A program made the position numbers and the translations under genes. A stretch of 64,000 nt of DNA. Source: an uncultured Spirochaetota bacterium (GTDB lineage Bacteria > Spirochaetota > Spirochaetia > SZUA-6 > Fen-1364). Positions 60,558 through 64,000 of this stretch are shown in pieces. The notes beneath the pieces are model-generated. The model worked only from the letters and a program-made list of their open reading frames with translations, did not search any database and was not told where the DNA came from. Every line of letters begins with the position of its first letter. Positions within the stretch are counted from its first letter, which is position 1. The DNA lies in contig CAVTHO010000007.1 of assembly GCA_963734545.1 (NCBI GenBank), forward strand, positions 224,001 through 288,000, in the 5' to 3' direction.

Positions 60558-60688
60558 ACCTGTCGCTCCTGGCGACGTTGGATGTCGAAGCCGGCCGAGG
60601 CCATGGGCTCCCGCCGCGCTCGCGCGGCTGCCGCCCTACGGATGGCCGACGGGCCGGCTGCAGGGCGGCGTCGCCGGGCGCGACATCC
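60552..60688 (+). repeat. Modular hairpin repeat, homologous to 2594-2832
   Basis: CTGTAGACCTG, GTTGGATGTCGAAGCCGGCCGAGG, GGCTGCCGCCCTA and GGCCGGCTG occur in the same order as at locus 1. Confidence 0.8.
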
Positions 60689-61582
60689 TCAGCGCTTTCT
60701 TTTTCGCAGCGTGACTTCGTTGCCCGCCTCGTTGTACGACACTTCGTCGAAATAGATCTTGGTGAGAAAAATGCCCCTGCCATTGAAGGCCAGAAGGTTC
60801 TCCGGGGCCACGGCGGGGAGCTTTCTCCAGTCGAACCCTTCGCCCTCGTCTCGAATAGTGATCTCGAACAGGTCGGCAGCCAGCCGGGACGTGACGGTCA
60901 CCTTCCGACCCGCAGCATCACTCAGCCTGCCGCGCTCCTCGACCAGCTCCGCGAGCCGCCCTTCCTCGATTGCCGCGTTTTTCTCCTCGAAGCTGATGCC
61001 GAGATTGCCGTGCTCCAGCGCGTTGGTGATCATTTCCTCGATGCCGACCTTGATATTCAGGATCTCGTCTTCGGGCATCAGGCGGGGCAGCTGCAGCGTG
61101 ATCTGGTTGATGACGGGGAAGTAGGGTGAGTCAGACCGGGGGATGACGAATTTCTTCGTCTCCTCGAGAAGGAAAGGCGAAAAGAGCGTTGATCTCGCCG
61201 CCTCGAGCCGGAAGTTCACCACTTTCCGGATCTCCTCGATGAGCTCGCGCACGTTGAAGGGCTTCTTGAAGAAGTTTGTGGCGCCGCCGCGAAGCGCCTT
61301 CAGAAGCATTTCCTCGTTGCCTTGGCCGGTCATGAGGATGACCGTGGCGTTTCGGTCGATCAGCTTGATCTCGTTCAGAAGGGTGAGGCCGTCCATCTTC
61401 GGCATCATGATGTCGGACACCACCACGAGAGGGGAGTGAGATTTGAAGAGCTCGACGGCCTTCTCGCCGTCTCCCGCCTGGACGGGGTCGAACCCTTCCC
61501 TGTCCAGGAGGTGAGACAGGAGGGACCGGAGCGCTTCCTGGTCGTCCACCACAAGAATTCTCGGCCTGGCCCCGCTGCTCAC
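60689..61582 (-). CDS. Response regulator receiver fused to an RsbW-like (HATPase_c_2) kinase domain
   Basis: ILVVDD, SDIMMPKMDG, KKPF; EEMITNALEHG, IRDEGEGF, GRGI; GTG start 7 nt after TTGACA-17-TAGCCT. Confidence 0.85.
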   Translation of the reverse strand: MSSGARPRILVVDDQEALRSLLSHLLDREGFDPVQAGDGEKAVELFKSHSPLVVVSDIMMPKMDGLTLLNEIKLIDRNATVILMTGQGNEEMLLKALRGGATNFFKKPFNVRELIEEIRKVVNFRLEAARSTLFSPFLLEETKKFVIPRSDSPYFPVINQITLQLPRLMPEDEILNIKVGIEEMITNALEHGNLGISFEEKNAAIEEGRLAELVEERGRLSDAAGRKVTVTSRLAADLFEITIRDEGEGFDWRKLPAVAPENLLAFNGRGIFLTKIYFDEVSYNEAGNEVTLRKRKR

Positions 61583-61659
61583 GGCGGAAAGGCTACGACC
61601 GGCTCCACTGATTGTCAAGCTGAGCTGGCTTCTCCGCAGGGCCTCCGCGGAAGGGCTGC

Positions 61660-61810
61660 GTCGGCCTGTCGGCCATACGGGAGTACCCGTTCGGCGAGTA
61701 CGCCGTCCCTGGCAGGGGCCGACCTCGCCGTCCATGCCTTTGGTCGGCCTGTCGGCCATACGGGAGTACCCGTTCGGCGCGAACGCCGTCCGTGGCCTCG
61801 GCGTCCATTG
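61660..61810 (-). repeat. Direct repeat and ANGGAN hairpin cluster, locus 3
   Basis: TCGGCCTGTCGGCCATACGGGAGTACCCGTTCGGCG at 61661 and 61744; minus-strand GCC-AGGGAC-GGC and GCC-ACGGAC-GGC. Confidence 0.85.
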
Positions 61811-61855
61811 ATGAAAGAACGTGCATTGGATATACTGCGCGAGTAGTAGTCGCCA

Positions 61856-63658
61856 TTGGAAACTCAACGCCTCAGAAACTTCTGCATCATCGCCCATATC
61901 GACCATGGCAAGTCCACGCTGGCGGACCGCTTCATCCAGCGCGCGCGCCTGGTATCCGACCGGGATTTCCACGACCAGATCCTCGACAACATGGACATCG
62001 AACGCGAGCGCGGCATCACCATCAAGAGCCAGGCGGTTGCGATTCCCTACAAGTCGAAAGACGGGAACGAGTACATGCTGAACCTGGTGGACACTCCGGG
62101 ACATGTCGACTTTTCCTATGAGGTGTCCAGGTCGATCTCCGCCTGTGAGGGGGCCGTGCTGCTGATCGATGCCAGCCAGGGCGTCGAGGCCCAGACCCTC
62201 GCGAACATGTACATGGCCATCGAGCACAATCTCGAGATCATCCCGGTGATCAACAAGATCGATCTGCCCAGCGCCGACATCGAAGGGGTGAAGAAGCAGA
62301 TCAATCACGACCTGGGCCTCGATCCGGACGGCGCGCTGCTCGTGTCAGGGAAGCTGGGGACGGGAGTGGACGAGCTGTGCGAGGCCATCGTGCAGAGAGT
62401 GCCTCCGCCGAAGGGAAGCGCGGACGAGCCGCTCAAGGCGCTCATTTTCGACTCGCATTATGACGTCTACCGCGGCGTCATCGTGCACGTGCGCGTCTAC
62501 GAGGGCAGGCTCCAGGCGGGTCAGAGCATACGCTTCTGGTGGAACAGCTCCACGTACAAAGTGGAAGAGACGGGCGTCTTCCGTCTTGGCCTCGTGCCCG
62601 TGGCAGCGCTGGGCCCGGGTGAGGTCGGCTACCTCATTGCGGGAATCAAGACTGTGGCTGACACCCGGGTCGGTGACACGGTGACGGACAATGAAAGACC
62701 ATGCGCGCAGCCTCTTGCCGGTTTCCGGGAAGTGAAGCCCGTGGTGTTTTCCTCGATCTACCCCGTGGACGCGAACGACTACGAGGAGCTTGTCGAGGCC
62801 ATGGCGAAGTTGAAGCTCAACGACGCCTCGCTGATCTACGAGAAGGACTCCTCCGTGGCGCTCGGCTACGGGTTCAGATGCGGCTTCCTCGGTCTTCTTC
62901 ACCTGGAGATCGTGCAGGAACGCCTGGAGCGCGAGTTCGAGATGTCCATCGTGTTCACGGCGCCTTCCGTGCAGTACCGGGTGACGCTCCAGGGCGGCAA
63001 GGTGATCTTTGTGGACAATCCATCGAACTTCCCGGACCCCTCCCAGATCCAGTCGGCGGAGGAACCCTACATCTCCGCGTCGATGATCACCCCGTCCTCA
63101 TACCTCGGCAACATCATCACCCTGTGCCTGGAGAAGCGCGGCACGCAAAAGAGCATGAACTATCTCGACGAAAAGCGGGTGGAGCTGGTCTTCGAGATGC
63201 CGCTGGGAGAGGTGGTCTTCGACTTCTACGATCGTCTGAAATCCGTCAGCCGCGGTTATGCATCATTCGACTATCAGCTCATCGGGTTCCGCGACACGCA
63301 CCTCGCCAAGCTGGATATCCTCATCAATGGCAAGATGGTGGACGCGCTCTCCCAGCTCGTTTTTCGGGACAACGCGTATGCGACCGCGCGGCGTGTGTGT
63401 GAAAGGCTGAGGGAAGAAATCCCCCGGCAGCAGTTCAAGATCGCCATCCAGGGGGCAATCGGCAGCCAGATCATCGCGCGCGAAACGGTGAATGCCTTCC
63501 GAAAGGACGTCACGGCCAAGTGCTATGGCGGAGACATCACGCGCAAGAGGAAGCTTCTGGAGAAACAGAAGGAAGGCAAGAAACGCATGAAGATGGTAGG
63601 CGAAGTGGAGCTTCCGCAGTCCGCATTCCTCGCGGTGCTCAAGACCTCAGAGGATTGA
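61856..63658 (+). CDS. lepA: Elongation factor 4 (LepA)
   Basis: [61 protein letters not shown]. Confidence 0.98.
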   Translation: METQRLRNFCIIAHIDHGKSTLADRFIQRARLVSDRDFHDQILDNMDIERERGITIKSQAVAIPYKSKDGNEYMLNLVDTPGHVDFSYEVSRSISACEGAVLLIDASQGVEAQTLANMYMAIEHNLEIIPVINKIDLPSADIEGVKKQINHDLGLDPDGALLVSGKLGTGVDELCEAIVQRVPPPKGSADEPLKALIFDSHYDVYRGVIVHVRVYEGRLQAGQSIRFWWNSSTYKVEETGVFRLGLVPVAALGPGEVGYLIAGIKTVADTRVGDTVTDNERPCAQPLAGFREVKPVVFSSIYPVDANDYEELVEAMAKLKLNDASLIYEKDSSVALGYGFRCGFLGLLHLEIVQERLEREFEMSIVFTAPSVQYRVTLQGGKVIFVDNPSNFPDPSQIQSAEEPYISASMITPSSYLGNIITLCLEKRGTQKSMNYLDEKRVELVFEMPLGEVVFDFYDRLKSVSRGYASFDYQLIGFRDTHLAKLDILINGKMVDALSQLVFRDNAYATARRVCERLREEIPRQQFKIAIQGAIGSQIIARETVNAFRKDVTAKCYGGDITRKRKLLEKQKEGKKRMKMVGEVELPQSAFLAVLKTSED

Positions 63659-64000
63659 GGCGATCCTTTCCAGTCGCTGGGCGTAGTGCCCCGCTGCCAC
63701 CCTGGCCCGGGAAAGAAAGCTCCGGTCGGGGCTTCGAGGCCGGGCGGATCCGGAAATTGAACCCACGAGTAGTCTATCTCCCGCAGCAGCGCACGGCACT
63801 CCTCCGACGCCCCGCCCGGGCCCGAGGATTCCCTCAATGCTTCAATTGCGCGCGCCAGCAGGTCTTTCTCGTTCTGCATGAACTCCCGCACGCGGTCACG
63901 CGGAAAAGCGCCGCGGGAATCGATCTCCAGAAGCGTCTCCGTCGTGCTCCCGCAGGCAACCCTGTCTTCCCATTCCTGCAGGCTGATTCTCCGCACGCCC
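63523..64000 (-). CDS. 3' part of a hypothetical protein running off the window
   Basis: Open frame convergent on lepA; the roughly 135-bp overlap with lepA makes the true stop uncertain. Confidence 0.45.
   Translation of the reverse strand, partial: GVRRISLQEWEDRVACGSTTETLLEIDSRGAFPRDRVREFMQNEKDLLARAIEALRESSGPGGASEECRALLREIDYSWVQFPDPPGLEAPTGAFFPGPGWQRGTTPSDWKGSPQSSEVLSTARNADCGSSTSPTIFMRFLPSFCFSRSFLLRVMSPP

Noticed and set aside
61660-61800. Two identical 36-bp repeats 83 bp apart that resemble a mini CRISPR array
   Set aside because: Only two copies, similarity extends into the supposed spacer, the spacer is built from the same hairpin family, and there are no cas genes.
61583-62308. 240-aa N-terminal extension of the response regulator in the ORF track
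   Set aside because: It runs through the repeat region and antisense to lepA; a consensus promoter sits directly before GTG 61582.

Overview
High-GC bacterial chromosome segment, most likely from a spirochaete (Spirochaetia). The evidence is Treponema/Borrelia-like gene order: rpsB-tsf-frr-uppS-cdsA-rseP-CpXC-WD40 with no pyrH; rplU-prp-rpmA-obg-nadD-yqeK-LCP-rsfS; spoVG-tRNA-Gln-rplY-pth-tilS-ftsH; plus cheX, a type-2 ileS and a spirochaete-type EF-G2. Most of the window is housekeeping. An accessory stretch at about 18-32 kb holds a Thermococcales-like hypA + Mrp-type ATPase (HypB-AT) pair flanked by 26-bp repeat arrays, and an ArsR-DsrE2-TusA-DsrM/DsrK-like operon with no dsrAB or dsrC. 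Several intergenic regions carry a modular repeat family built from C-ANGGAN-G hairpins that look like CsrA sites. Other points of interest are a stand-alone polyacidic protein, an apparently intact Prp protease next to an L27 with no extension, several apparently leaderless genes, and two different EF-G paralogues in tandem. About ten genes, including essential ileS and tsf, are split by 1-bp indels, probably from long-read assembly errors. No integrase, transposase, cas gene or CRISPR array was seen. All family assignments come from recognising motifs by eye; no searches were run.
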